64,000 nucleotides of DNA from an uncultured delta proteobacterium (GCA_963798485.1 CAWCTR010000004.1:288001-352000), one strand, 5' to 3'. Numbered from the stretch's first letter, positions 11,379 through 23,211 are shown. A program made the numbers and translations. Notes: generated by a model from the letters alone, not told the origin.

Positions 11379-12856
11379 GATGTCTCTCCTTTGCGAAGTA
11401 GCGGAAACAGGATGACATCCCTGATGGAGGGGCTGTCGGTCAGCAGCATGACGAGCCGGTCGATGCCGATGCCTTCGCCGGCAGCCGGAGGCATGCCGTA
11501 CTCAAGCGCCCTGATGTAGTCCTCATCCACCTCCGAGGACCCTTGTGTTTTATTGCGTACCTGTTCGACAAACCGCTCCTTCTGATCAAAGGGGTCATTC
11601 AGCTCGGAAAAGGCGTTGGCGATCTCGCGGCCTGTGATATAGAGCTCGAAGCGGTCAACGATGTCCGGGTCGTCGTTGTTTCTCCTGGATAACGGGGAGA
11701 CCTCCGTGGGGTAGGAGGTGATAAAGGTCGGCTCGATGAGTTTTTCCTCGGTTGTTGTCTCGAAGATGATGAGCTGGAGATCGCCCAGGGATTCGTTTCC
11801 GGCCAGCTCGATACCTGCGTTTGTGCAGAAGGCCCTGGCCTTATTCAGATCCTCCATGACCCCGGACTCGACCCCACCGACTTCACAGGCTGCTGCCTTG
11901 AGGGTATAGCGCTTCCATGGCGGCGTCAGATCGATGGTGGCGCCCTGGTAGGGGATGACGGTTGTGCCCAGCACATCTTTTGCCACCTTGGAGATCATAT
12001 CCTCGGTGAAGTCCATAAGATCGGTGTAATCTGCATAGGCCATGTAGAATTCCATCATGGTGAATTCAGGGTTGTGCCTTGTTGATATGCCCTCATTGCG
12101 GAAGTTCCGGTTGACCTCGTAGACCCTCTCGAAACCGCCGACTATTAGCCGTTTGAGATACAGTTCCGGCGCGATCCTCAAATAGAGGTCCATGTCGAGG
12201 GTATTGTGGTGCGTGAGGAAGGGTTTTGCCGTTGCCCCCCCCGGGATGCTCTGCATCATGGGGGTCTCCACCTCGATAAACGAGTGGGAGTCCATATACC
12301 TTCTCAGTGCGGTGATGATCTTTGTCCGTCTCAGGAAGGTCTCCTTCACCTCGGGGGAGACAAAGAGATCAACGTATCGCTGGCGGTATCTGGTCTCGAC
12401 ATCCTTCAGCCCGTGCCATTTCTCCGGCATGGGCCTAAACGACTTGGTAAGCAGCTCGAACCCCGACACATAGACGCTCAGCTCGCCGGTCCTGGTCTTG
12501 ACGGGCGTGCCCCACAACCCGATGATGTCGCCGATGTCGAGCTTCTTGAAGAGCTCGTAGGGCTCTTTGCCGAGCTTTGCCTCCTCGAAGAAGGCCTGGA
12601 GCCTACCGGAGTGGTCTAAAAAATGGATGAAGGAGGCCTTGCCGAACTTGCGGGCCGCCATGATCCTGCCGGCAAGGTGGTGTTCGGTCGTTATGTCATG
12701 AAGCTCTTCGGTGGGGCGTTCCTGGTATAGGGAGATAAAGGCGGAGATATCGGTGTCTTTCCGGTAGGTATTGGGGAAATGCTTGACGCCTGATTCCTGC
12801 TTCAATTGCTCGAACTTCTCTATCCGCTGGCGGATGAGGGGATTCAGATCTTCCAC
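11375..12856 (-). CDS. lysS: Lysine--tRNA ligase (class II)
   Basis: YLRIAPELYLKRL, FRNEGISTRHNPEF, GIGIDRL; GTG start at 12856 with GGAG SD (track start at 13075 is too long). Confidence 0.96.
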   Translation of the reverse strand: MEDLNPLIRQRIEKFEQLKQESGVKHFPNTYRKDTDISAFISLYQERPTEELHDITTEHHLAGRIMAARKFGKASFIHFLDHSGRLQAFFEEAKLGKEPYELFKKLDIGDIIGLWGTPVKTRTGELSVYVSGFELLTKSFRPMPEKWHGLKDVETRYRQRYVDLFVSPEVKETFLRRTKIITALRRYMDSHSFIEVETPMMQSIPGGATAKPFLTHHNTLDMDLYLRIAPELYLKRLIVGGFERVYEVNRNFRNEGISTRHNPEFTMMEFYMAYADYTDLMDFTEDMISKVAKDVLGTTVIPYQGATIDLTPPWKRYTLKAAACEVGGVESGVMEDLNKARAFCTNAGIELAGNESLGDLQLIIFETTTEEKLIEPTFITSYPTEVSPLSRRNNDDPDIVDRFELYITGREIANAFSELNDPFDQKERFVEQVRNKTQGSSEVDEDYIRALEYGMPPAAGEGIGIDRLVMLLTDSPSIRDVILFPLLRKGETS

Positions 12857-12889
12857 GTTCACATCTCCGTATGCTTCAAATTGAGCGCA

Positions 12890-12918
12890 TATATAGTTAA
12901 TTTCCCGCACCGAGTCAA
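12890..12918 (-). promoter_or_regulatory. sigma70-like promoter for the lysS-lpx operon
   Basis: TTGACT-17 nt-TATATA. Confidence 0.55.
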
Positions 12919-13007
12919 TAAAACACCAATAAGGGCTGAAGAAGCAGCAGGTGATTCCTCTGGCGGAGCGTATGCCCTTCAGGTAAGATCGTATCGCTGG
13001 TATAATT

Positions 13008-13583
13008 ATGGGACTTTCGTCATTCGAAAAAGGTGTGCTCATAGATCTTGCCCGAAGCGCGGCAACGGCATTCATTCAAAAGGGCCTTTGTGATGAACAT
13101 GCCGTTGATATCGGGGGCCTGCCGAACTCCCTCATGGAAAAAAAAGGGCTCTTTGTGGCCATCTATAAACTCGGTGAGCCCAGAGGCTGCATGGGCACCA
13201 TCCTCCCCGTGCTGCCCATATGGCAGGCATGTATGGTAAACGCCCGTAGCGCCGCATACAAGGATCCCCGGTTTGTGCCGCTTGCCATTCATGAACTGGG
13301 CCATATCAGCTTCGAGATTACCCTGGTAGACAGGCTAAGACCCTTCTCAGACATCTCTCAGCTTGAAGAAGGCATCCATGGCCTCATCCTCACAAAGGGC
13401 TTCCACAGGGGGGTGTTCCTGCCGGGATCGATCAAAGATCTGCCTCACGATATTGAGGAAATCTTCACGAGGCTGCGGGCTAAAGCGGACATGAACGATG
13501 ATGACCCAAACGCACCCGAACAGTGGGAGCTCTTCGATGCCGAGGTTATATCGGAGAGAACAACGGATGATGGGCGCAGGTGA
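13008..13583 (+). CDS. AMMECR1-domain protein (AmmeMemoRadiSam protein A-like)
   Basis: GLFVAI, RGCMGT, AAYKDPRF, GIHGLIL..GVFLP. Confidence 0.85.
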   Translation: MGLSSFEKGVLIDLARSAATAFIQKGLCDEHAVDIGGLPNSLMEKKGLFVAIYKLGEPRGCMGTILPVLPIWQACMVNARSAAYKDPRFVPLAIHELGHISFEITLVDRLRPFSDISQLEEGIHGLILTKGFHRGVFLPGSIKDLPHDIEEIFTRLRAKADMNDDDPNAPEQWELFDAEVISERTTDDGRR

Positions 13584-13810
13584 TCAGGATTTAGGTTATG
13601 AGAGGGTCCCTGGGTTTACTATGGATAACAAGTTTGCTCTAACCTTAGAGATGGTGAACCGAGAGATCGATCTAAAAAGACATATAAGATCAATCAGGAT
13701 GATGGAAACATTATTCCATTATTATAGAATAAAATTACTATAATCAGTAGGTTACATAATTGGAATCTGCATATTCCGTCAAAATCACTGCAAAATTAAA
13801 AAATGCCTAC

Positions 13811-13828
13811 TTGGTATTATTTTTGCTT
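13811..13828 (+). promoter_or_regulatory. sigma54 -24/-12 promoter of the 5'-nucleotidase gene
   Basis: TTGGTATTATTTTTGCTT (GG-N10-GC); IHF consensus AATCAGTAGGTTA at 13742-13754. Confidence 0.6.
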
Positions 13829-13909
13829 TATAATTTTATGTAGAAATTTAATCTGCTTAAAATCATCTTAGACATATCAACCAGATCCATATTAAAGAGG
13901 AGGTTCCTA

Positions 13910-15721
13910 ATGAAAGTACTAAAAATATGCGCATGGGTCGGAATTTCTTTACTTATACTATTCACCAGTGCCTGTATCTTGGGAAACGTTTCCATAACTA
14001 TCCTGCAGACATCGGATCTCCATCACCATGCCAGTGGGTATGGACCGTTTCACGATTACACCCCCTTAAATACCGCCGATAACGATCAGGTTCTCGGTGG
14101 CTATTCAAGGTTGGCCACCCTTATCAATAAAATACGCGCAGAGCAGGCTGCAAATCAGATTCCGGTATTGCTCTTTGATTCGGGTGATTATTTCATGGGG
14201 ACAGTTTATGATATGACTGCCGCTGATACAACAAACGGCCCCGCTGCCCTCAATTTTTTCACTCGAATGAAATACGATGCCGTCACCCTGGGCAATCATG
14301 AGTTTGACTGGTCCAGCGCGGGCCTATATCAGCTTTTGAACAATGGGAAGAATGCAGGATTTAATGTTCCGGTTGTTGCAAGCAATACGAATATTCCTCC
14401 ATCCAACCCACTTCAGCTTCTTGTTGCTTCTGGTGTTATTGTGAATAAAAAGATCATACAGCTTCCCTATGGTGCGAAGATCGGCGTTCTAGGACTTATG
14501 GGTCCGAATGCCGCTTCGGATGCACCGGCAGCATCACCTGTGACTTTTGACCATGTATACTCTGATATTCAGACACTAGTGGATAACCTGAGGAACAATG
14601 ATTGTGCTCAGGTTGTCATCGCCTTGTCCCATGGCGGCATCAATAACCCTAGCAGCAGCACTCCATACCCTACCGGAGATGATGTTGATTTGGCCAACAA
14701 CGTCACTGGGATCAATGTAATCTGTTCAGGTCATTACCATACTGCAACCCCATCTGCTTATGTCGTGGGGCCCTCGAAAACCATAATCTATGAACCGGGC
14801 GGATATGGTGAGTATCTCAGTAGGATAGATATTACCTACAATTATTTTCTGGGTAAGATCGTTAATTACAAATATACTCTTATACCGGTAAATGACACAG
14901 TTCTGGGGAATCAAGATGTACAAACAATGGTAGACCAGTACAGCACAGAGTTAACTGCAATACTGCATAGCAAAAACCTTCCTGGACTGGGAGATCCGGT
15001 CGCGAGCACCACCTTTGACCTGGAAGAAGCCCCGTTCCAGGTAACCGGCCTCGGCAGTCTTGCAGCGGATTCCATCCGTGCCGTAGCCAACCAACTGGCG
15101 CCACTAAATGGGGGGGCCTTTGATATTGGTGTTGTTCCCAGTGGTGTAATTCGTGACGGCATCTATAAGGGAAAAACAGGTGTAGTCACGTTCTCAGATG
15201 CGTACAATATGCTCCCGCTCGGCATATCTCCGAAAGACCAATCCATCCCTGGTTATCCGCTCATGTCAGTCTATGCCACTGGACAGGATGTTTATACCAT
15301 CTGCGAGGTTGGACTCTCTCTTTCTCAACTGCTGGGTTCCGATTACTATTTGAATTTCTCAGGACTCAAGATTGACTATGACCCAATACAGGGAGTTCAG
15401 GCGGTCTATGAATATGCTCCTAGCGACACCTTCTGCTCGGGTCCCGCGACCTTTATTGATCCCTCAGACACCACCAAGTTGTACCATATCGTGGTGGACT
15501 ATTATGCACTCGAAATGTTGTATGTGGTGAATGGTTACATTGATTTATATAACTTACCTATTCCTCACATCAATCCGCAGAATGCTTCGTTCATTGCTAG
15601 AGATTTAGCCGGGGACGAACTCAAGGAATGGATGGCGCTGATGAATTTCCTCCCTGTGTTAGGGAGCATTCCATCCAATATATACGGCCCACAAGGCATT
15701 GCCCTAGGTCGGGTTTACTGA
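13910..15721 (+). CDS. Bifunctional metallophosphatase/5'-nucleotidase, probable lipoprotein
   Basis: TSDLHHH, DSGDYF, LGNHEFD, SGHYH; lipobox-like FTSAC; AT-richer than its flanks. Confidence 0.85.
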   Translation: MKVLKICAWVGISLLILFTSACILGNVSITILQTSDLHHHASGYGPFHDYTPLNTADNDQVLGGYSRLATLINKIRAEQAANQIPVLLFDSGDYFMGTVYDMTAADTTNGPAALNFFTRMKYDAVTLGNHEFDWSSAGLYQLLNNGKNAGFNVPVVASNTNIPPSNPLQLLVASGVIVNKKIIQLPYGAKIGVLGLMGPNAASDAPAASPVTFDHVYSDIQTLVDNLRNNDCAQVVIALSHGGINNPSSSTPYPTGDDVDLANNVTGINVICSGHYHTATPSAYVVGPSKTIIYEPGGYGEYLSRIDITYNYFLGKIVNYKYTLIPVNDTVLGNQDVQTMVDQYSTELTAILHSKNLPGLGDPVASTTFDLEEAPFQVTGLGSLAADSIRAVANQLAPLNGGAFDIGVVPSGVIRDGIYKGKTGVVTFSDAYNMLPLGISPKDQSIPGYPLMSVYATGQDVYTICEVGLSLSQLLGSDYYLNFSGLKIDYDPIQGVQAVYEYAPSDTFCSGPATFIDPSDTTKLYHIVVDYYALEMLYVVNGYIDLYNLPIPHINPQNASFIARDLAGDELKEWMALMNFLPVLGSIPSNIYGPQGIALGRVY

Positions 15722-15750
15722 ACTAATCCGCAAAATGAACGAGGTGTAGA

Positions 15751-15801
15751 GAATATCCTTCGCTCCTGACATAAACCCCTTGTCAGGAGCGAAGGATATT
15801 C
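15751..15801. repeat. Perfect 21-bp inverted repeat (hairpin, possible terminator)
   Basis: GAATATCCTTCGCTCCTGACA-9 nt-TGTCAGGAGCGAAGGATATTC. Confidence 0.85.
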
Positions 15802-16036
15802 ATACTTTCATGATCATCTGATTAATCCTTTGATGAATTACTTGATGTGGAAGCAAAGATCCACGAGAGATCAGCTATCTCAATCTCTTACTATCAACCG
15901 TTGATTCCTTCGATTAAATCAATTGTCTCCAGATATAATCCACACTCAAAATTACGGCTCAAAGCAGCGAACATTGATATGAGGAAATACCGGATGGAGC
16001 AGGGGCACGTAATCCGGCCGGAAGCAGCAATCAGAT

Positions 16037-16070
16037 AAAAAAAGGGAGGGAACTTTTGGTTCCCTCCCTT
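16037..16070 (-). terminator. Rho-independent terminator
   Basis: AAGGGAGGGAAC/GTTCCCTCCCTT stem followed by a T-run on the minus strand. Confidence 0.8.
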
Positions 16071-16092
16071 GGCGTTTAAAGTAAAGGCTTAC

Positions 16093-17916
16093 TTAGATGG
16101 CGAATGCCTCGTCCGGGATCCTCACGCAGCTGATCTCGTCCTTGGTGAGTGTTTCGCACTTGGCAGGGACAAGGGCAGTGATCCTGTTGATGTAGAACTT
16201 GGCGCCCTCGACCTTACCTGTGTAGAACATCTTTTCTTTCTCGATTGGGTTGGCTGCAAGCTTTTCGGTGGCGACGTTGGCCATCCAGATATGGAACCAG
16301 CCGCAGATGGCCTCGGCAAGGCAGTTGAGGAAATCACATGCTGCGATGAGCGGGATGAACGGGTTCGACCTGATGAGCTGGCTGAACTGCATGGCGGTTC
16401 CTGCGCATGCATTGAGCGCCTTCTCAACGATCTCGGCCTCGGCCTTCAGGTTGTCGTTGCCCTTGGCCTTGGCGACCTCGGCCTGGGTCTCGCCCAGCAT
16501 GGTCATAAAGTACAGGCCCTTTTTCATACCCAGCTTCCTGCCTAAGAGGTCGAGTGCCTGGATGCCGTTGGTGCCTTCGTAGATGCCGTTGATCCTGTTG
16601 TCCCTCATCATCTGCTCAACCGGGTACTCACGGCAGAAACCGTAACCGCCGTAGGTCTGGACTGCCAGGGAGGTGACCACATCGCCCATGTCGGTGCAGT
16701 AGGCCTTCACAATGGGGGTGTACATCTCGATCATGCCCTGCCATTTGTCCTTCTCCTGATCAGTAGTGGCAACCTTCAGCCTGTCCATGGCATAGTAGCA
16801 GTACAGGGCCAGGATCTTGATGGCCTCGGTGATGGACTTCATCTTGAGCAGCATCCTGCGGATGTCTGGGTGCTGGATGATGGGGCACTGCTTTGCGTTC
16901 GGGTCTTTCATCTGCATGATGTTCACGCCCTGCATGCGTTCTTTCGCATAGGACAGCGCGTGGAGGTATGCTGTGGTCGACAGTGCGACACCCATGGTGC
17001 CCACGCCTTGGCGCTCTTCGTTCATCATCTGGAACATGATCGGCATGCCCTGGCGCTCCTCACCCATGAGGTAGCCGATGCACTTGCCGTTTTCACCGAA
17101 GTTGAGCGTTGCGGTTGCGTTGCCGTGGATACCCATCTTGCTCTCGATGCCGCCGCAGTTCATGTCATTGGGCCCGCCCAATGAACCATCCGGGTTTATC
17201 ATGACCTTGGGGACTACGAAGATGGAGATACCCTTGGTGCCGGCCGGGTCGCCCTCGATCCTGGCAAGGACCGGGTGGATGATGTTCGGGGTCAGGTCAT
17301 GGTCGCCGGCGGAGATGAAGCACTTGGTTCCTGTGATGGAGAATGTCCCATCGGGATTTCTCTTGGCTGTAGTCTTGAGAGCACCAACGTCGGAGCCTGC
17401 GCCGGGCTCGGTGAGGCACATGGTGCCGGCCCACTCGCCGGAGAACATTTTTTCAAGGATGATGTCTCTCAGGGGGTGCCGGAAGTGGTCCTCAATAAGT
17501 CTGGCTGCGCCATGGGTAAGACCGGGATACATGAGAAATGCCTGGTTGCCTGCAAGGAACATCTGGGCACATACGGCAGCGATGAGTGCCGGGAAGCCCT
17601 GACCGCCGACCTCTGGGCTGTCGGACACGCTCATCCATCCGCCTTCGCAGTAGGTCTTATACACCTTGTGGTATGATTCGGGGGCATAGACCTTGCCGTC
17701 CTTGAAGACTGCCTCAACCGGCTTTCTCTGGACCTCATCAGGATACGTGGGTGCAATATCATTCTCGGTGAATTTTGCAGCCTGCTCGAGGACCATGTTC
17801 ACCATATCGGCGTCGTGATCTGCAAACGGACCTTTGCCAAGGATCTCCTTGCCAATCTCGAAGACCTCGTGCAGTATGAATTTGAGATCCCTCTCGTCTA
17901 CCCATTGACTTGCCAT
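16093..17916 (-). CDS. Long (about 600 aa) acyl-CoA dehydrogenase
   Basis: GTMCLTEPGAGSD, KMGIHG, IYEGTNGIQALDL. Confidence 0.92.
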   Translation of the reverse strand: MASQWVDERDLKFILHEVFEIGKEILGKGPFADHDADMVNMVLEQAAKFTENDIAPTYPDEVQRKPVEAVFKDGKVYAPESYHKVYKTYCEGGWMSVSDSPEVGGQGFPALIAAVCAQMFLAGNQAFLMYPGLTHGAARLIEDHFRHPLRDIILEKMFSGEWAGTMCLTEPGAGSDVGALKTTAKRNPDGTFSITGTKCFISAGDHDLTPNIIHPVLARIEGDPAGTKGISIFVVPKVMINPDGSLGGPNDMNCGGIESKMGIHGNATATLNFGENGKCIGYLMGEERQGMPIMFQMMNEERQGVGTMGVALSTTAYLHALSYAKERMQGVNIMQMKDPNAKQCPIIQHPDIRRMLLKMKSITEAIKILALYCYYAMDRLKVATTDQEKDKWQGMIEMYTPIVKAYCTDMGDVVTSLAVQTYGGYGFCREYPVEQMMRDNRINGIYEGTNGIQALDLLGRKLGMKKGLYFMTMLGETQAEVAKAKGNDNLKAEAEIVEKALNACAGTAMQFSQLIRSNPFIPLIAACDFLNCLAEAICGWFHIWMANVATEKLAANPIEKEKMFYTGKVEGAKFYINRITALVPAKCETLTKDEISCVRIPDEAFAI

Positions 17917-17962
17917 AATACCCTCCTTACAGGATTATCTTGATTTTCTTTATTGTCTTGCC

Positions 17963-17981
17963 ATGAATGAGCATTCATTCT
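17963..17981. promoter_or_regulatory. Palindromic operator, FadR(YsiA)-box-like
   Basis: ATGAATGAGCATTCATTCT between divergent acyl-CoA dehydrogenase and lipase genes. Confidence 0.55.
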
Positions 17982-18146
17982 TATATCCTTTCTATGAAAT
18001 CATGTCAACAGATCTTCTCGTTTTATACCATCATTTAAGAACCCCTGGCTCACGTGCATTTAATAATATGTTGTTCTTGATAGCTGTTTTATGTCATAAT
18101 TTCTCAACGGAATTACATGAAATGGAATAGAGGAGGGTATACACGT

Positions 18147-18983
18147 ATGAAGACTGAAAACGGAACATTTACGGCCCAAGACGGAACATCCATTTTCTGG
18201 AAGGCATGGCTGCCGGAAGGACACCCCAAGGCAGTGGTGCATCTCATCCATGGTTATGCAGAGCACATCGAACGATACGGCAACGTCGTGAACGAGCTGG
18301 TCCCGGAAGGGTATGCCGTCTTCGGCAATGACCACCGGGGCCACGGCAAAAGCCAGGGCAGGCGAGGCCACGTGAAGAGCTTTCAGGAGTTCATTGATGA
18401 TGAGAAGCAGTTCTCGCTTGAGGTCATCAAGGCTCGGTTTCCTGATGCCACTTATATAGTGCTCGGCCATTCCATGGGAAGCCTCATCGCCCTCAACTAT
18501 GCGGAGCAGAACCCTGAATCCCTGAAGGCGCTCGTGCTCTCCGGTACAGGGTCACAACCCGGAACGGATATTCCGAAGATCCTCATAACCCTCACCAAGG
18601 TCCTGTCCAGGATCCTGCCTGCAATACATGTGAAGTCACCGCTGCCCCCGGAGTTCATATCCAGGGATACAGAGGTGGTGAAGGCATATGTGGATGATCC
18701 CCTGGTCTTCAATGTCATAACCCCGAGGCTCGCCCATGAGATGAACAGGTACGTGGTCCTGGGCGCCCAAAATGCCTTTAAACTTAAGATGCCGGTGCTT
18801 ATCCAGCTCGGGTCACAAGACACCGCATTCTCCGGCCAGAAGGAGCTTTTCGACATGATCGGGGCCACGGACAAGACCTTCAAGCGCTATGAAGGGCTCA
18901 GGCATGAGGTCTACAACGAACTCCCGGTAGACAGGGCAAAAGTGCTGGCCGATCTGAGGACCTGGCTGGACAGCCATCTGTAG
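18147..18983 (+). CDS. Alpha/beta hydrolase, monoacylglycerol lipase/lysophospholipase family
   Basis: HGYAEH, DHRGHGKS, GHSMG nucleophile elbow, HEVYNE; SD GAGGAGG. Confidence 0.88.
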   Translation: MKTENGTFTAQDGTSIFWKAWLPEGHPKAVVHLIHGYAEHIERYGNVVNELVPEGYAVFGNDHRGHGKSQGRRGHVKSFQEFIDDEKQFSLEVIKARFPDATYIVLGHSMGSLIALNYAEQNPESLKALVLSGTGSQPGTDIPKILITLTKVLSRILPAIHVKSPLPPEFISRDTEVVKAYVDDPLVFNVITPRLAHEMNRYVVLGAQNAFKLKMPVLIQLGSQDTAFSGQKELFDMIGATDKTFKRYEGLRHEVYNELPVDRAKVLADLRTWLDSHL

Positions 18984-19027
18984 TGTTGGTGTGTATAAAT
19001 AATATTAAGAAGAACCTGGCATAAACA

Positions 19028-19070
19028 AGAAAAGGCCCTTTCCATTCCTGCGGAAAGGGCCTTTTCTTTT
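19028..19070. terminator. Bidirectional terminator between convergent genes
   Basis: AGAAAAGGCCCTTTCC..GGAAAGGGCCTTTTCTTTT. Confidence 0.85.
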
Positions 19071-19077
19071 AATACTA

Positions 19078-20525
19078 TCAGTATCTGTAGTGATCCGACT
19101 TGAACGGACCGTCAACGCTTACGCCAAGGTACTCGGCCTGCTCTTTGGTGAGCCGGGTAAGTTTCACGCCAAGCTTGCCGAGGTGGAGCCTGGCAACCTC
19201 TTCATCAAGGAGTTTCGGCAGCGTTCTCACGCTAATTTCCCTCGGGTTTGCCCACAGGTCCATCTGGGCTAGTACCTGGTTGGTGAAGGAGTTGGACATA
19301 ACGAAGGAAGGATGTCCTGTTGCACAACCAAGGTTCACGAGGCGCCCTTCTGCAAGCAGGTAGATGCAGTGGCCGTCAGGGAAGGTATACTTGTCCACCT
19401 GTGGCTTGATGTTGAGCCTCTTGATGCCAGAAAATTTCTCGAGTTTGTCCACCTCTATCTCATCGTCAAAGTGGCCGATGTTGCACACAATGGCCTGGTC
19501 GAGCATCTTTTCCATGTGCTCAATGCGCAGTATCCTGCAGTTTCCTGTTGCCGTGACAAAGATATTGGCCTCAGCCAGTGCGTCTTCGACCGTTGCTACC
19601 TCAAACCCCTCCATGGCGGCCTGCAGGGCACAGATGGGGTCGATCTCGGTGATGATCACCCGGGCGCCGAACCCGCGCATGGACTGGGCGCAGCCCTTGC
19701 CCACGTCGCCATATCCACACACGCACACTACCTTGCCCGCCACCATGACATCCGTGGCGCGCTTGATGCCGTCGGCCAGCGACTCGCGGCATCCATAGAG
19801 GTTGTCGAACTTGCTCTTGGTTACCGAGTCGTTCACGTTGATGGCAGGGAAGAGGAGTGTCTTGTTTTCCAACATCTGATAGAGCCTGTGAACGCCGGTA
19901 GTGGTCTCCTCGGACACGCCCCTTATCTCTTTGGCGGTGCGGTGCCAGAAGGTCGGGTCATCTTTGAGCCTGCGCTTGATCGTGGCATTGATGATGGCGA
20001 TTTCCTTGTTGTCGGTGGGTTGATCCAGGATAGTGGAGTCCTCTTCGGCCTGGTAACCGCGGTGCACCATGAGGGTGGCATCTCCGCCGTCGTCCACGAT
20101 GAGGTTCGGACCCTTGCCGCCCGGGAATGTCAGGGCCTCCAGGGTGCAAGCCCAGTACTCCTCGAGGCTCTCCCCCTTCCAGGCGTACACGGGGATCCCG
20201 CATGAGGCTATGGCCGCAGCGGCATGGTCCTGGGTGGAGAAGATGTTGCATGATGCCCATCTGACATTAGCACCGAGCTGCTTGAGGGTTTCTATGAGCA
20301 CGGCCGTCTGGATGGTCATGTGCAAAGAGCCGCAGATCCGTGCCCCCTTCAGGGGTTGCCCTGGTACATATTTTTTCCTCAATGCCATGAGGCCCGGCAT
20401 CTCGTGCTCTGCGATTACGATCTCCTTCCTGCCAAAGTCGGATTGCGAAATATCAGCCACCTTGCAGCTCATGCCGCAGTAATCCGGCAGGCTTCTTGGT
20501 TCCGGCTTTTTCATCTTTTCACCCA

Positions 20526-20526
<1 letters not shown>
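19078..20526 (-). CDS. ahcY: Adenosylhomocysteinase
   Basis: [50 protein letters not shown]. Confidence 0.97.
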
Positions 20527-21695
<1,169 letters not shown>

Positions 21696-21816
21696 TTTAA
21701 TACTCCTCCTGTTTCTTAAGTATTTGCGTCATGGTAAGACGACTTGTACGAGTGGTAATCCGCATGTTCTCCTTTGTATGAAGCCATGGTCTTGAGCAGA
21801 TAAGCCCTTTTGTATA

Positions 21817-23211
21817 TTAGCCCTTCCTCGTCAGTCCTAGGTATTCGGCAATCTCGGATGCGCTTCCGTTGAGCGTCACCGGTGTGTTCTTCAGCTCTTC
21901 TTTTGTCGTAATCCCGTATTCGGGACCGAAGGCATCATCAAAATACAGCTGCTGGAACGAGGCGAACTTGAGCTGGTGTGAGGTGGAATCCACTACAAAC
22001 CTGCCCCCAGAAGGGATCAGCCTTTCGTGAAGCGCCTTCTTCAGGCCTGCAACTGACTCGCCCCCTTGGGTGCAGACAACGTGTCCGTGCCTGTTGGTTG
22101 TGAGCATGCCTTCCATGATCTCGTTCTCGGTGACCGAGATGACAAAGAACCTGTCATTGAACTGTTTCTCGACAAGCTGAGATACCTTGGGGAATGACAC
22201 CGGGTCTCCGATCATGGCGGCCTGGGCCACCGAAGGGGTTACCTTCAAGGGGACGAACCGGCCTGTGGCCCGCCAGCGGGCTACCGGGTCGGCATGATGG
22301 CTCTGTACACCAAGGATTGTGGGCAGCTCCGAGATGATCCCAAGTTCATGAAGGTCTGCGAAACCCTCCATGACCGCAGTGATGTTGCCAGCATTGCCTA
22401 TGGGGACTACAACGGTGAGGCCGGCCGTATCCCAATCGAGCTGCTGGGCGATCTCATAGGCATAGGTCTTCTGCCCGAGGATCCGCGCCGGATTCTTCGA
22501 GTTCAGAAGAAACACGTTATACTCCTGGGCAAGTTCCTCCACCACGCGCATACAGTCGTCGAATACGCCCGGCATCTCGATCACCTGTGCCCCGGAACCG
22601 AGCGGCTGGGACAACTGTTGCCAGGTAACCTTGCCCTTGGGCAGAAGCACTACAGCCCTTACCTTGGATTTTGGAAGATAGCTCAGATACAACGCTGCAG
22701 CGGCTGAGGTGTCGCCCGTAGAGGCGCAGATGCCGAGCACGTCATGAAGGTTTTTAACCCGGATGATATGATTGAGGAAGGATATGGCCGATGCCATGCC
22801 CCTGTCTTTGAAGCTGGCGGATGGATTCAGCCCGTCATTCTTCACAAAAAACGGCGCGCCTACCCACTCGCTCAGCTCAGGATTCGCCTTGACTATGGGG
22901 GTCTGGCCTTCCCCCAGATAGATGATATCTTTAAGCGGTACGATGGGCAGGATCAGCTCATGGAAGCGGAAGACACCCTGGATCTCCAGGACATTGCTGT
23001 TTCTTCGTTCATCGAAGATCTTTTTCCAGGTCTTTGGCGGTGTTGCCTTCAGGTCGCTGAAGGCGGTGTTCTCGATCCTCAGGAGTGATTTGCAGGAAGG
23101 GCAGGTGTAGATGAAGTCATAAATATCATAGCGCGCTCCGCACCCTATGCATGCATAGACCAAGTCTCCCTTTGTCTCAGGCATGTATGGTTCGGACATT
23201 TCCGGCATCAC
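21817..23211 (-). CDS. thrC: Threonine synthase
   Basis: [18 protein letters not shown] (PLP Lys), ASTGDTS, PIGNAGN. Confidence 0.9.
   Translation of the reverse strand: MMPEMSEPYMPETKGDLVYACIGCGARYDIYDFIYTCPSCKSLLRIENTAFSDLKATPPKTWKKIFDERRNSNVLEIQGVFRFHELILPIVPLKDIIYLGEGQTPIVKANPELSEWVGAPFFVKNDGLNPSASFKDRGMASAISFLNHIIRVKNLHDVLGICASTGDTSAAAALYLSYLPKSKVRAVVLLPKGKVTWQQLSQPLGSGAQVIEMPGVFDDCMRVVEELAQEYNVFLLNSKNPARILGQKTYAYEIAQQLDWDTAGLTVVVPIGNAGNITAVMEGFADLHELGIISELPTILGVQSHHADPVARWRATGRFVPLKVTPSVAQAAMIGDPVSFPKVSQLVEKQFNDRFFVISVTENEIMEGMLTTNRHGHVVCTQGGESVAGLKKALHERLIPSGGRFVVDSTSHQLKFASFQQLYFDDAFGPEYGITTKEELKNTPVTLNGSASEIAEYLGLTRKG

Noticed and set aside
12857-13075. N-terminal extension of LysS in the ORF track
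   Set aside because: It overlaps the divergent AMMECR1 gene; SD and promoter support the GTG at 12856.
15847-16038. 63-aa ORF after the nucleotidase
   Set aside because: No SD or recognisable motif; spurious or a remnant.
21696-21816. SAM or SAH riboswitch upstream of metK-ahcY
   Set aside because: No recognisable aptamer core or terminator in the 121-nt spacer.
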